This document shows, in pieces, positions 18,239-27,857 of a stretch of 64,000 nucleotides of DNA. A program made the position numbers and the translations under genes. The notes under the pieces were generated by a model that was given only the letters and a program-made list of their open reading frames with translations, was not told the DNA's origin and did not search any database. The DNA lies in contig JANZKC010000001.1 in assembly GCA_025061115.1 (NCBI GenBank), positions 480,001 through 544,000 on the forward strand, given 5' to 3'. Position 1 is the first letter of the stretch; every line of letters starts with the position of its first letter. The DNA is from Candidatus Culexmicrobium cathedralense. GTDB lineage: Archaea > Thermoproteota > Methanomethylicia > Culexarchaeales > Culexmicrobiaceae.

Positions 18239-19544
18239 TCACCTCTCCGCGCTCAGCAACCAAAACGCCAGAAACGAAAGTAGCTATTGGCATGCCCACA
18301 ACTCTAAACCCCTCAAATGGGCTGTACTTAGCCTTAGACTTAAAGGTTGCTGGATCAACAACGTACTCCCTACTTAAATCCAATATGACGATGTCAGCGT
18401 CGAATCCAGCTTCTATTCTACCCTTACCCTCCAACTTGAAAATGCGTGATGGAGACTCACACATCAGCTCCACCAACCTTCTAAGCGATATTCGCCCCAT
18501 CGAAACAGCATTTAACATTAAGGGAAGAATTGTCTCCAGCCCAGGAATTCCAGGCCTAACATGCCAAACGTCGGTTGAAGACTTCTCCTCAATTGTGTGA
18601 GGAGCATGATCACTTGCAATCAAATCAACCAGACCATTAATCACTCCACCCCATAGAGCCTCCAAGTCCTCCTTGGACCGTAGAGGAGGCTCCATAACCG
18701 CAAAGCCACCGAACTTTTCTACAGCACTGGAAGTCAAGTATAAGTGGTGGGGAGTTACTTCACACGACGCATAAGCCCTATTATTCGAAATAATCCTCAA
18801 CCCATCGCCCGTACTTACGTGAGCGAAGTGCACTTTTAACCCAACATGCCTAGCAATCTTAATTGCTCTTTCAATAGCTTTAACCTCAGCTTCAGGGGGA
18901 TGGGATTTTAGGAAAGCATCAAAATCTCCAATACCGCGTCTCTTAAACTCCTCCTCAAATTCGGATACAGTTAAGCGATCCTCAGCATGAATCGAAACCG
19001 GAACTCCAAACTTCTTAACTTCATTAAAAGCCCCTTCAATTGCACTATCATCATCAACGTCCAGGGAGCCAATCTGCCTACTCAAATTCAACTTAAAGCC
19101 AACAGCGCCTACACGTACAATATCCCCAATTTCATCCAAATCTCTTGGAAAAGCACTGTAGAAGCCAACGTTAACGTATATCCTCCCATCAGCCAAAGCC
19201 ATTCTTTTAAGTAGTGCATCTGCCGAGTCAGTAACTGGCCTATTGTTAGGCATGTCCAGAACCGTAGTTACGCCTCCAACAGCTGCAGCCATCGTTCCAG
19301 TTTCAAATGTCTCCTTGTACGAGAGCTCTTGATCCCTCAAATGAACATGAACGTCAATTACCCCGGGAATAGCAATTTTCCCTGGAAAACTGTGTCTTTT
19401 AATTGATGGAGGCATCACTCCCTCCTTGCCCACCTTAACTATCTTTCCAGAATCAATCGCTATTGAAGCCTCAACGAGTTCTCCCTTAAAGTAAACCTTG
19501 CAGCCACTGATAATTAGGTCGACAACCCCCAATTCAAGCACCAC
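18192..19544 (-). CDS. pyrC: Dihydroorotase
   Basis: DVHVHLRD, DMPN, HAED, TPHHL, PPLR, SDHAPH. Confidence 0.92.
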   Translation of the reverse strand: MVLELGVVDLIISGCKVYFKGELVEASIAIDSGKIVKVGKEGVMPPSIKRHSFPGKIAIPGVIDVHVHLRDQELSYKETFETGTMAAAVGGVTTVLDMPNNRPVTDSADALLKRMALADGRIYVNVGFYSAFPRDLDEIGDIVRVGAVGFKLNLSRQIGSLDVDDDSAIEGAFNEVKKFGVPVSIHAEDRLTVSEFEEEFKRRGIGDFDAFLKSHPPEAEVKAIERAIKIARHVGLKVHFAHVSTGDGLRIISNNRAYASCEVTPHHLYLTSSAVEKFGGFAVMEPPLRSKEDLEALWGGVINGLVDLIASDHAPHTIEEKSSTDVWHVRPGIPGLETILPLMLNAVSMGRISLRRLVELMCESPSRIFKLEGKGRIEAGFDADIVILDLSREYVVDPATFKSKAKYSPFEGFRVVGMPIATFVSGVLVAERGEVIEPAGRVVKAKQVYC

Positions 19545-20334
19545 CTAAAGCCAAGAACTTTATGAAATCCCTCAACTGAACAACGCTCTTCAAATCACCC
19601 TTAAAGTCCGTAACCACCAGCCCCCTCAGTTGATTTTCAATAATCAATTTGGCTGCTTCACCTACGGTGGAGTCCTCCAAAACATGTGGAGGAGCGCGCC
19701 TCATAGCATCTGAAACAAAGAGGAATTTTATTCGCCTCCTCCTATGCTTCTCAGGCGTTCTCTCATGAAATAAGCGTAAAGCCTTGATCAAGTCCCAGTC
19801 CGACACTAAGCCAACTAATCGCCCATCATTATTTAAAACCGGCAAAGCCTGCAAACCACTCTCGATCATAGTAGCTCTTGCATGTAAAACTCTATCATCA
19901 GGTTTAAGCGCAACAAAATCACTTGAAGGAATAATTCTAACAGGAAAAGACTTGTCCAAGTAAAACTTTATCAAGTCCTCCTCAGTAACCAATCCAACCA
20001 GATCTCCACTATCGTCAACCACTGGCACTCCACAAACGTCTCCAAGGGCGATGAACTTAGCTGCTTCATAGATATCCGCATCAGGAGAAGTGGTCCGCAA
20101 ATTGATGCTCATGACGCTAGAGGCATAAAGGCTCGAAAAGGACATAAGCCTAACTCTTTCGCTCCAAATGCGCTCTAAAACATTTCTCAAAGTAATTAAT
20201 CCAATAAGCCTCTTTTCATCAGTTACGGCGATGCAACTAACACCTAAATCTTCCATCAAGTCCAGCACGTATGAAAGAGGCCTATCCTTATCGACTTGAG
20301 GCGGAGCTCTCATGTAATTCCTAACGAGGACCAT
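19534..20334 (-). CDS. CBS-domain protein (4 CBS)
   Basis: Repeated LPV..GxLVG.VT/S..D motifs. Confidence 0.88.
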   Translation of the reverse strand: MVLVRNYMRAPPQVDKDRPLSYVLDLMEDLGVSCIAVTDEKRLIGLITLRNVLERIWSERVRLMSFSSLYASSVMSINLRTTSPDADIYEAAKFIALGDVCGVPVVDDSGDLVGLVTEEDLIKFYLDKSFPVRIIPSSDFVALKPDDRVLHARATMIESGLQALPVLNNDGRLVGLVSDWDLIKALRLFHERTPEKHRRRRIKFLFVSDAMRRAPPHVLEDSTVGEAAKLIIENQLRGLVVTDFKGDLKSVVQLRDFIKFLALGGA

Positions 20335-20338
20335 GATG

Positions 20339-21211
20339 TCACCTCGAATCCATCTTCGCCATTGCCTTTACAATGTCAGTTTTAGTAATTATGCCAGTTA
20401 ATTCTCCATCCGAATTCACAACCGGCAACCCGCTTATTCCATTTCTAATCATAATTTCAGCAGCCTTGGCCGAATCCTCATCTTCAAGAATCGTAATTGG
20501 GTTAGATGTCATCATATCAGCTACTATTGGAATTCTAAAAATCTTAACTACTCTACTCACTTTGCCCTCGCTAGCAATTGCCTTGACGAACTTCAACCGC
20601 CTAGGGTGAGTCGTTAATGTTATGAAAGTCAGATCCGTCTTTGTAATTACACCAATAGGCACTTTACCATCAACCACCACAACTCTACTTATGCCATGCT
20701 CCTTCATCAACCTACCAACCCTATAAACTGTGTGAGCAGGATTAACCGTAACGACAGGAGTAGACATTATATCTGAAACCTTGAAGTAACCAGAATAGTA
20801 AAGCGCATAAGCCCTAGTCAAGTCGGTCTTGGTAACTATTCCGAGAAGTCTGCCTGAACTATCAGTGACGGGCAAACCGCTAATCTTCCTCTTAACCATA
20901 ATTCTAGCAGCATTCTTCAAGTAAGTTCTAGGTCCAATAGTTATTACTGGAGAAGACATAACCTCCTCCACCAATATTTCATCAATCGTCCTAGCAATCC
21001 TCCCTCCACTTTCCTCCCAAACCTTCATTGCAATGTTAGTTTCAGTTAAAATGCCAATAGGCTTTAGAGTTTCATCGACAACTACGAGCCTACTAATATC
21101 GTGGTGAAGCATTAAGTTTCTAGCCCTAGCAAGCGTGTCCTTAGGAGAAATGACGACTACTTGAGGAGTCATAACATCAGAAACTCTAAGTGTCAAAGTT
21201 AACCCCCACAT
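20339..21211 (-). CDS. CBS-domain protein (4 CBS)
   Basis: Four CBS repeats (ISRLVVV, ISGLPV, GIITKTD). Confidence 0.9.
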   Translation of the reverse strand: MWGLTLTLRVSDVMTPQVVVISPKDTLARARNLMLHHDISRLVVVDETLKPIGILTETNIAMKVWEESGGRIARTIDEILVEEVMSSPVITIGPRTYLKNAARIMVKRKISGLPVTDSSGRLLGIVTKTDLTRAYALYYSGYFKVSDIMSTPVVTVNPAHTVYRVGRLMKEHGISRVVVVDGKVPIGVITKTDLTFITLTTHPRRLKFVKAIASEGKVSRVVKIFRIPIVADMMTSNPITILEDEDSAKAAEIMIRNGISGLPVVNSDGELTGIITKTDIVKAMAKMDSR

Positions 21212-21255
21212 CTATATGGTTTTTAGAGATTAAAGTGTAATGTTAAATTAATGTT

Positions 21256-21816
21256 TTAAGTAGACCTGCAATCCGGACAGAGGAAGCGTCCATCAACCTC
21301 CAATAAGGAGTCAGACCACTCCCCACATTCATCACAATATCCAGCTAGGAGCTCCTCACCCACGTAAGCGCTTTCAGGTTCAGATATCCTTGCAGATTCA
21401 ATTAAAATTTCAATGATTTCCGGAGCTACCTTCAAAATGTCTCTCGCAGTGATTATTCCAACTAGCTTGCCTTCATCAATTACAACTAGCCTCCTAATGT
21501 TCTTCCTAGCCATAAGCCTTGCAGCTTCAGTTAGGCTCGTTTTAGGAGAAATAGTGATGAGCGGTGAAGACATTATCTCTGAAACTTTAACTTTAGATGG
21601 AACTCTACCTTCAGCGATTACTTGAATCGTCAAATCCCTCTCAGTTACAATGCCAATTGGACTGTTATCGCCGCTAGCAACTACAATTACACTTCCAATC
21701 TCATGATCCCTCATCAACTTAGCAACCACATCAACGGTAGTGCCCTGAGACACCGTAATTGGATTTTTAGTCATCACATCTTCAACGCGAATGCGCTCAA
21801 CCCTTGGATACGGCAA
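21256..21816 (-). CDS. CBS-pair protein with C-terminal Zn finger
   Basis: GIVTERD, GIITARD; C-terminal CDEC...CPDC. Confidence 0.88.
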   Translation of the reverse strand: MPYPRVERIRVEDVMTKNPITVSQGTTVDVVAKLMRDHEIGSVIVVASGDNSPIGIVTERDLTIQVIAEGRVPSKVKVSEIMSSPLITISPKTSLTEAARLMARKNIRRLVVIDEGKLVGIITARDILKVAPEIIEILIESARISEPESAYVGEELLAGYCDECGEWSDSLLEVDGRFLCPDCRST

Positions 21817-21865
21817 TTCAACACACCTTTACTGAAATAATATTTGAGCCCAGCTAAATAATACT

Positions 21866-23890
21866 TTACTTCTCCCTACTGGAGAGAATTCTAAATCCAC
21901 CCTTCGGCATGAAACTAGCAATGCCTGAAATAGAAAGCTTCTTCAAGCACGCTCTAACAGCTTCATCGCAATCATCCATAAGTAAATGCTTAACCTTCTT
22001 AGCAGCAACATCCCTACTAATAGAGCCCGGAGCAAGAACCACAAACTTTGAAGCCATCTTCCTAATTGCACTTGGAGGGCCGGCGACCAGCTGAGCAGCA
22101 TCACCCTCAAATTTAATTCCAATAGCAACTCTCAATGGAATGTCATGCAAGTAGTTGCGCTTCCCATACACCATAAATGCGCCCCTAGCCAAGTACTCGC
22201 CCGACGGAGGCCTTTTAGAAACTTGACTTCCATAAACCCAGTATGCTGAAGCAGCTTCCAAACCAGCAGTCCAAGCTCTGGAGTATGAAACTGCCAGTTG
22301 AGCAGCCTCCATAAGAGTCTGATTTGGTACAGGCTTACCCTCACACTTTACAATTACGGCCGGGCCGCCATGAATGTCTGCATGAATAAAAATGTCATCA
22401 GGTTTCATCCACTTCCTAACTAGCGCTTCATTCTGAGATGCATCTCTCCCACCAACAACCAGAAATTCATCAGATGAAATAAACCACCTAAAGTTCTCAT
22501 ACCACTTCCTCTTCCTGACAACTCCAATAACCTTAACCGGCTTAACTACAGCCTTCTTCAAGGCCTTTTCAACTTCAGATTCAATCTTCAATCTAACCTC
22601 CTCGATAGCAGCTCTAGCTCTCTCAGCCCTCCTAGAAAGATCCTTAGCCTCATCATAGAAAGCCGATGCATTAGCAGCAGCCGATTTAAGCACATTAAGC
22701 GGCAAAACTTCATCGCCAAACTTCAAATACAGCATCCTACTCTTAGGGTCAAAATCAATAATTGCACGAGCCAACATTTCATCTTCAATTTCGGAAATTC
22801 TTTCAGCAACCTCACCCCATGAAAATCCCGACCTCACGAGATCATTAACCAAGCTGATGGCTCTCTGAGCTAAATCCAAGTTTCTCATTATAAGATCAGC
22901 CCAAACCCTAAACTTTAAAGCCTCAGACTCAAGCTCCGAAAGCCTTTTCAACTGCCTATCCAAAATAACTTTAAACTTCCCCTCAACCTCCCTCCGCACC
23001 TTAGCCCTTAACTCATTCTCCTCAAATTTCACTAGCCTACTAAAGTACTCATCTAGAGCTTCATTGAAGCTCTCGAAGTACTCTGCCTTAAACCCATCAT
23101 ATAATTTAAAGTCTATTGGCGTAACTGAAACTATGCTGCCATCGTCATCCAATATTATTTGGGGATTTAAGCTGCCCTCCCTAATTGAATTCACCATATC
23201 TAGAAATTCGCATAAAATTAATTCAACTTCATCATCACTGAGCAACTTAGCTTTCCGACCCCTATCAATATTAGCTCTTGCACAAACTTCCTCAGCAAGC
23301 TCTCCTGAGAGATTTAATAATCTAGTTAAAGCCTGAACCACATTACCTCTAAAGCTTTTGAAGCTCTCTAAAATAGCCGACTTCTGCGCCTCAAGGGGAT
23401 TTAAACCTCTAAGAGGAGGAAAAGCGTATAATTCACCTGGAATTAAGCTCCTATCCCTCATCCTCAAACGCTTAAGTGCAGCGCGAATTCTAAGAGAGCT
23501 GTCGGCTACGATCAAATTCCCATTGCCAACCAGCTCCAAAATGAGAAGTAAGTGACCATCCATTTTGGTATTAACTTTAATAATGAGAACCCTATCAAAG
23601 TCGTATTGATTGAGCTCAACCACCCTCATCCTATTAAAATTCTTCCTGATAAACGTGCAGAGCGGCGAGGGCATCCTAGGCTTCTCAAAGTCAAACTTCG
23701 TTAGATGAATTCTCCGGCCGGCTTCAAACACCAAGTTTAGAGTTTCCTCACCTCTAAACTTGAATAGGAAGAAGTTCTCAGACAAGTGATACGCGTTGTT
23801 AAAGTAGGAGCTTATAAGCTTAGGCTTCAACTCCTCCGCAACGCACATCAAGTCTAAGGCATTCATCTCCCGCTTAACCTTAAAGTTCAC
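21866..23890 (-). CDS. rqcH: Ribosome rescue protein RqcH/NEMF (NFACT family)
   Basis: DFDRV, ELVGNGN, coiled coil, KWYENFRWF, GGRDASQNE, HADIHG, SGEYL.RGAFM. Confidence 0.92.
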   Translation of the reverse strand: MNFKVKREMNALDLMCVAEELKPKLISSYFNNAYHLSENFFLFKFRGEETLNLVFEAGRRIHLTKFDFEKPRMPSPLCTFIRKNFNRMRVVELNQYDFDRVLIIKVNTKMDGHLLLILELVGNGNLIVADSSLRIRAALKRLRMRDRSLIPGELYAFPPLRGLNPLEAQKSAILESFKSFRGNVVQALTRLLNLSGELAEEVCARANIDRGRKAKLLSDDEVELILCEFLDMVNSIREGSLNPQIILDDDGSIVSVTPIDFKLYDGFKAEYFESFNEALDEYFSRLVKFEENELRAKVRREVEGKFKVILDRQLKRLSELESEALKFRVWADLIMRNLDLAQRAISLVNDLVRSGFSWGEVAERISEIEDEMLARAIIDFDPKSRMLYLKFGDEVLPLNVLKSAAANASAFYDEAKDLSRRAERARAAIEEVRLKIESEVEKALKKAVVKPVKVIGVVRKRKWYENFRWFISSDEFLVVGGRDASQNEALVRKWMKPDDIFIHADIHGGPAVIVKCEGKPVPNQTLMEAAQLAVSYSRAWTAGLEAASAYWVYGSQVSKRPPSGEYLARGAFMVYGKRNYLHDIPLRVAIGIKFEGDAAQLVAGPPSAIRKMASKFVVLAPGSISRDVAAKKVKHLLMDDCDEAVRACLKKLSISGIASFMPKGGFRILSSREK

Positions 23891-23947
23891 AGCTCTTCAC
23901 CAGCGATAAGCTTATGAGAATGGTATAATCACGTAAATTTAAGCGCT

Positions 23948-24241
23948 ATGGATGGTGAATGGATGAACCCCGCAACCAAAGTTTATCTGCTTAGAGGAAT
24001 TCTAGGACTCATCGCCTCAACCATATGCATAGCCCTTAACTTAACTGGAACTCTAGGATTAGCAGTAGGAATATTCCTCTACGGATTCTCATTTCCAATC
24101 ATGAAGCACGTAATGAAGCTGAGCGAATTGGACTTCAAAGGGCCAGAAGAAATATACTTCAACGGCTTAGCGCCATTCCTCGCACTATGGATAATTCCAT
24201 GGGTAATAATCTACAACTTCCTCTACGCTGCAAAGCCATAA
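23948..24241 (+). CDS. Small 3-TM membrane protein, EMC6/Rab5ip-like
   Basis: Three hydrophobic segments; Y..R...G near the N-terminus and G...F...W...W...YN at the C-terminus. Confidence 0.6.
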   Translation: MDGEWMNPATKVYLLRGILGLIASTICIALNLTGTLGLAVGIFLYGFSFPIMKHVMKLSELDFKGPEEIYFNGLAPFLALWIIPWVIIYNFLYAAKP

Positions 24242-24242
24242 A

Positions 24243-24878
24243 CTAAAAATCTTTTCTAAAAGTACTGCACTTGATAAGCAATTCTTCATCCTCGACTATT
24301 TCATTAGACTTCAAATACTCGATCAATCCAGGAGCTACTAGAGGGGAGCCATCAACAAGAGGGTAAGCGTAGGGGAGGTAAATTTCATGGTGCTCTCCAT
24401 CTTTAATTGTAAATCCAACTTGAATGGGAACTTCACTTAATTCCGCTCCCCCATAAACTTTAAGAGCAACGTAAACTGCCCCATCAATGGAAAATTGATG
24501 GGGGCCAAGGCTCCTGGCAACGCACATAGGAAGCCTACTCGTCAAGAAATACCTCGTCCTACTCCTAGGAGGATAATCACCCAATATCCCGCCAACAATA
24601 ACTCCACGCCTACAACTAAAATCCCGCCGACAAAGAAGCGCGGGAGAATTTGGATCCAAAATTATGAAATCATCATGGCTAAAAACCCCTTCTCCAATTA
24701 ACTCCACAACGCTATTCCTCTCAACCCTCCCAAGCTCGCTAAGCTTCTCACATTCCCAATCACCTCTAACATTAGTGAAAATCAGATTATCCCAGCCGAC
24801 CATTTGAGAAACATGCCGGTACTCCAGCCAAAGCCACCTACTTAGAAACGGCTCCAAATGCTCTATAACAACCTCCAT
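24243..24878 (-). CDS. SPOUT methyltransferase, Sfm1/DUF431-like
   Basis: VIEHLE, LEYRH, LDP, GGILGDYPPR.RT, LGP.QFSIDGA, LPYAYP. Confidence 0.85.
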   Translation of the reverse strand: MEVVIEHLEPFLSRWLWLEYRHVSQMVGWDNLIFTNVRGDWECEKLSELGRVERNSVVELIGEGVFSHDDFIILDPNSPALLCRRDFSCRRGVIVGGILGDYPPRSRTRYFLTSRLPMCVARSLGPHQFSIDGAVYVALKVYGGAELSEVPIQVGFTIKDGEHHEIYLPYAYPLVDGSPLVAPGLIEYLKSNEIVEDEELLIKCSTFRKDF

Positions 24879-25283
24879 TCACCTTACACCCTTCATGGAC
24901 TTCTTAACTTGAATTATGGTATCTATGATCGTGAGCCAAGCATGAAGAAAGCCGGCCTCGAAGTCATCGATATTCTCCCTAGCCAAATCCTTCACAATAG
25001 ACTCCCTCATCCCAGCAAGAGAATTTAAATCAGCATTTCTAACTTTCCAAAAGAAAGTTATCGGCGCTCCCTCCCTGCCAGCTGCAATCATCCCCCTCGC
25101 AGCAACATAGCAGCCTTCACCCCAAACGCCCCTCCTCCTAATCTCATCTTTAACCTCATTTAGAAGCCTCTCAGCAGCACTATAATTTTCAAAGTACGAG
25201 TAGCGAGCTAATGTAGCTATGTGCTTTAGCACTGCCCTCCTACTCCTACTAATTATAGGCATCAAGCCACCCCATACAGGCAA
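24879..25283 (-). CDS. Hypothetical protein
   Basis: 134 aa, abuts downstream gene; helical; FEAGFLHAW motif. Confidence 0.65.
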   Translation of the reverse strand: MPVWGGLMPIISRSRRAVLKHIATLARYSYFENYSAAERLLNEVKDEIRRRGVWGEGCYVAARGMIAAGREGAPITFFWKVRNADLNSLAGMRESIVKDLARENIDDFEAGFLHAWLTIIDTIIQVKKSMKGVR

Positions 25284-25345
25284 GCACTTAATTTCCCATT
25301 AACTTTGAGCAGCATAACGTAATTAAATTATTTTCTTAATACTTT

Positions 25346-26770
25346 GTGCGGTGGAAGGCAATGACCACAGCGGAGCTGAAGGCCTTCTTCAACCCCAAAA
25401 GCATAGCCGTGATAGGCGCATCAAGAAATCCAGCTAAAATAGGATACCAACTGCTAAGGTCAATAATATTAGCCGGATACGAAGGGCCAGTTTACCCAGT
25501 AAACCCCAAAGCCAACGAAATAATGGGCCTAAAAGCATATCCAAGCGTGCTTGAAATCAAAGACGAAGTCGACCTCGCAGTCATAGCAGTACCAGCAAAG
25601 ATAGTTCCAAAGATAGCTGAGGAATGCGGCAGGAAAGGCGTGAAATGCATCATAGTAATTTCAGGGGGATTCAAGGAAGTAGGAGAGGAAGGAGCTAAAC
25701 TCGAAGAGGAAGTCGTGAAAATCGTTAAGAAGTACAACATGAGGTTGATGGGGCCGAACTGCATAGGAGTATATGATCCCCACACCAAAGTAGACACGCT
25801 CTTCCTACCGCCCGAGAGGGCTTTAAGGCCAAAAGCTGGAAAAATAGCATTCATCTCGCAGAGCGGAGCAATGGGAGTAGCATTTCTAGATTGGCTAGCC
25901 ATGGAGGAAATTGGAATAAGCGCCTTCATAAGCTATGGAAATAAGGCGGACGTCGACGAGATCGACCTGCTGGAATACCTGATGGAAGACGAGCAGACAA
26001 GAGTAATAACTATGTACATTGAAGAAATAAGCAAAGGCAGAGAGTTCATAGAAGTCGCAAGAAAGGTCTCAATGAAAAAGCCGATAGTAGCCATTAAAGC
26101 TGGAAGAACCCAAGCCGGAGCAAAAGCAGTATCATCCCACACAGGCGCACTAGCAGGCAAAGATGAAATCATACAAGCAGCATTCAAGAAAGCAGGCATA
26201 ATAAGAGCATACGAAACCCACGAGCTATTCGACTACGCAAGAGCCCTTGCCGCAGAGAAAATCGCGTGGGGAGATAATATTGCAATAGTAACGGATGGAG
26301 GAGGAGCAGGAGTGATGGCAACGGACAAGCTAACGGACAAAACTCGCGGAGCCGGACTAAAATTAGCAAAGCTCAGCGAGGAAACAATTGAAAAGCTCAA
26401 GGAAATATTACCTCCATACGCCATACCTCACAACCCAGTGGACCTAACTGGAAATGCAACGCCAGAAATGTACAGGGAAGCCCTAGAAGTAGTTTCCAAG
26501 GATGAAGGAGTAGATGGAATAGTAACCATAGTCCTAATACACCCCCCGGGAATGAATGAAAAAATCGTGGACGAAGTAAGCAAGGTATTTGAAAAGTCGG
26601 ATAAACCAATGCTAATTGCAGCTACAGGTGGGCCGCCAACCCAAAAAGTACTACTTGAATTCCAGAGGAGAGGCATTCCATCATACCCTGAAGTTGAAAG
26701 AGCAGTAAAAGCCATGGCAGCACTAGTCGAGAGAGGCAAATTTTTAAGAAAAACTATTTTTAAAACTTGA
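25346..26770 (+). CDS. acdA: ADP-forming acetate/acyl-CoA ligase, alpha subunit
   Basis: IAVIGAS, GPNCIG, SQSGA, SHTGALAG (phospho-His), NPVDLTG. Confidence 0.92.
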   Translation: MRWKAMTTAELKAFFNPKSIAVIGASRNPAKIGYQLLRSIILAGYEGPVYPVNPKANEIMGLKAYPSVLEIKDEVDLAVIAVPAKIVPKIAEECGRKGVKCIIVISGGFKEVGEEGAKLEEEVVKIVKKYNMRLMGPNCIGVYDPHTKVDTLFLPPERALRPKAGKIAFISQSGAMGVAFLDWLAMEEIGISAFISYGNKADVDEIDLLEYLMEDEQTRVITMYIEEISKGREFIEVARKVSMKKPIVAIKAGRTQAGAKAVSSHTGALAGKDEIIQAAFKKAGIIRAYETHELFDYARALAAEKIAWGDNIAIVTDGGGAGVMATDKLTDKTRGAGLKLAKLSEETIEKLKEILPPYAIPHNPVDLTGNATPEMYREALEVVSKDEGVDGIVTIVLIHPPGMNEKIVDEVSKVFEKSDKPMLIAATGGPPTQKVLLEFQRRGIPSYPEVERAVKAMAALVERGKFLRKTIFKT

Positions 26771-26840
26771 GTTTAACTTCATTAACGCTTATATTATGAA
26801 AAAAGGCATAATAAATTTGAATGCTCAGGAGGTCATTTAG

Positions 26841-27185
26841 TTGAAAGCCAGAGTAGCCTTTGAAACTAAGCAATACGTGATTGTACTGACAGATGAAAAG
26901 TTGGAAGTCGACTTAAAGGAAGGACCTAAGGCATTTCTGGAATACATGGTTGAAGAGCATAAGAGCCTTGAAAGAATATTGGGATGGGCTATGAAGCACT
27001 TATTCCCAAAAGACATATACGTTGAAAATATTGAGAGGGCATACCTAACACCGGAAGGAGAAGTAGTAGTTGAAGAAAAAACCCCCGAAGGAACAAAGGC
27101 AATCAAAATCCCAGAGCTAACAAAGGAGCAGGGAGAAATACTAGTAGATGCGATCAAAAAGTTGCTGGAAGAAAAGGGAAAGTAG
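26841..27185 (+). CDS. Hypothetical protein
   Basis: GGAGG SD before TTG, native codon style. Confidence 0.7.
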   Translation: MKARVAFETKQYVIVLTDEKLEVDLKEGPKAFLEYMVEEHKSLERILGWAMKHLFPKDIYVENIERAYLTPEGEVVVEEKTPEGTKAIKIPELTKEQGEILVDAIKKLLEEKGK

Positions 27186-27211
27186 CATAAGTCCACCCTC
27201 CAATTTCATTT

Positions 27212-27745
27212 TTATTTTACATTTCCACCATTTTTATCCGGCCTCCTCAACGACAATGGGCATTTAGAAGGCAAGCTAGCGTTAAAGAAATCAGCATACT
27301 TTAGAAGAGTTGAGCAGTACTTGTAACGTGAAATAAGTTCACAGTAATTGCTGCAGCTTAGCATTGCCAAGTCAACTAGGGAGGCCAAGTCACGCATTGA
27401 GACAAGCATTGGAGAGCCGTCAATCACGTGGCCGCACTTCAGACACTCATAATTTCCATCAACAAAAACAAGCTTCTCACCACAGTAGGGGCACTTCAAA
27501 GTAAATGGAGGCTTAGGAATCCTGCGCTTAGGAGGAAAAATTATTGGAGCAACAAAACTCGCAATGGATAAAGCCAACATAATCAAACCAACATAATACG
27601 CATAGCTTGGACTACCAACCCCACTTGAAACCCTAATTTCATAATCAACATAAACTATCAAGTAAACCCCCACAACCCCCAGCAGGGCTGCAAACACCAA
27701 GCTGAAGCGCCTAACACCCACCCTACTTAAAATCCAACCGCTCAA
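27212..27745 (-). CDS. Membrane protein (2 TM) with Zn ribbon and additional Cys cluster
   Basis: Two hydrophobic helices; CPYC...CLKC; CSNYC...C...C. Confidence 0.7.
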   Translation of the reverse strand: MSGWILSRVGVRRFSLVFAALLGVVGVYLIVYVDYEIRVSSGVGSPSYAYYVGLIMLALSIASFVAPIIFPPKRRIPKPPFTLKCPYCGEKLVFVDGNYECLKCGHVIDGSPMLVSMRDLASLVDLAMLSCSNYCELISRYKYCSTLLKYADFFNASLPSKCPLSLRRPDKNGGNVK

Positions 27746-27820
27746 TCAGCACACCATCAGATACTCACACAAATGTCCTATATAAAGGAATTAGCTCAAC
27801 ATAATATCCACTCATTCCAA

Positions 27821-27845
27821 ATAAATGCAAAGAAAAGGGGAGTTT
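27821..27845 (-). terminator. Probable U-rich terminator of the surface-protein gene
   Basis: Minus strand CCCCTTTTCTTTGCATTTAT just after the stop codon. Confidence 0.45.
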
Positions 27846-27857
27846 TAGCCGCCGCCC

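Noticed and set aside
26837-27196. Minus-strand 119-aa ORF
   Set aside because: The + strand ORF 26841..27185 has a GGAGG SD and native codon usage
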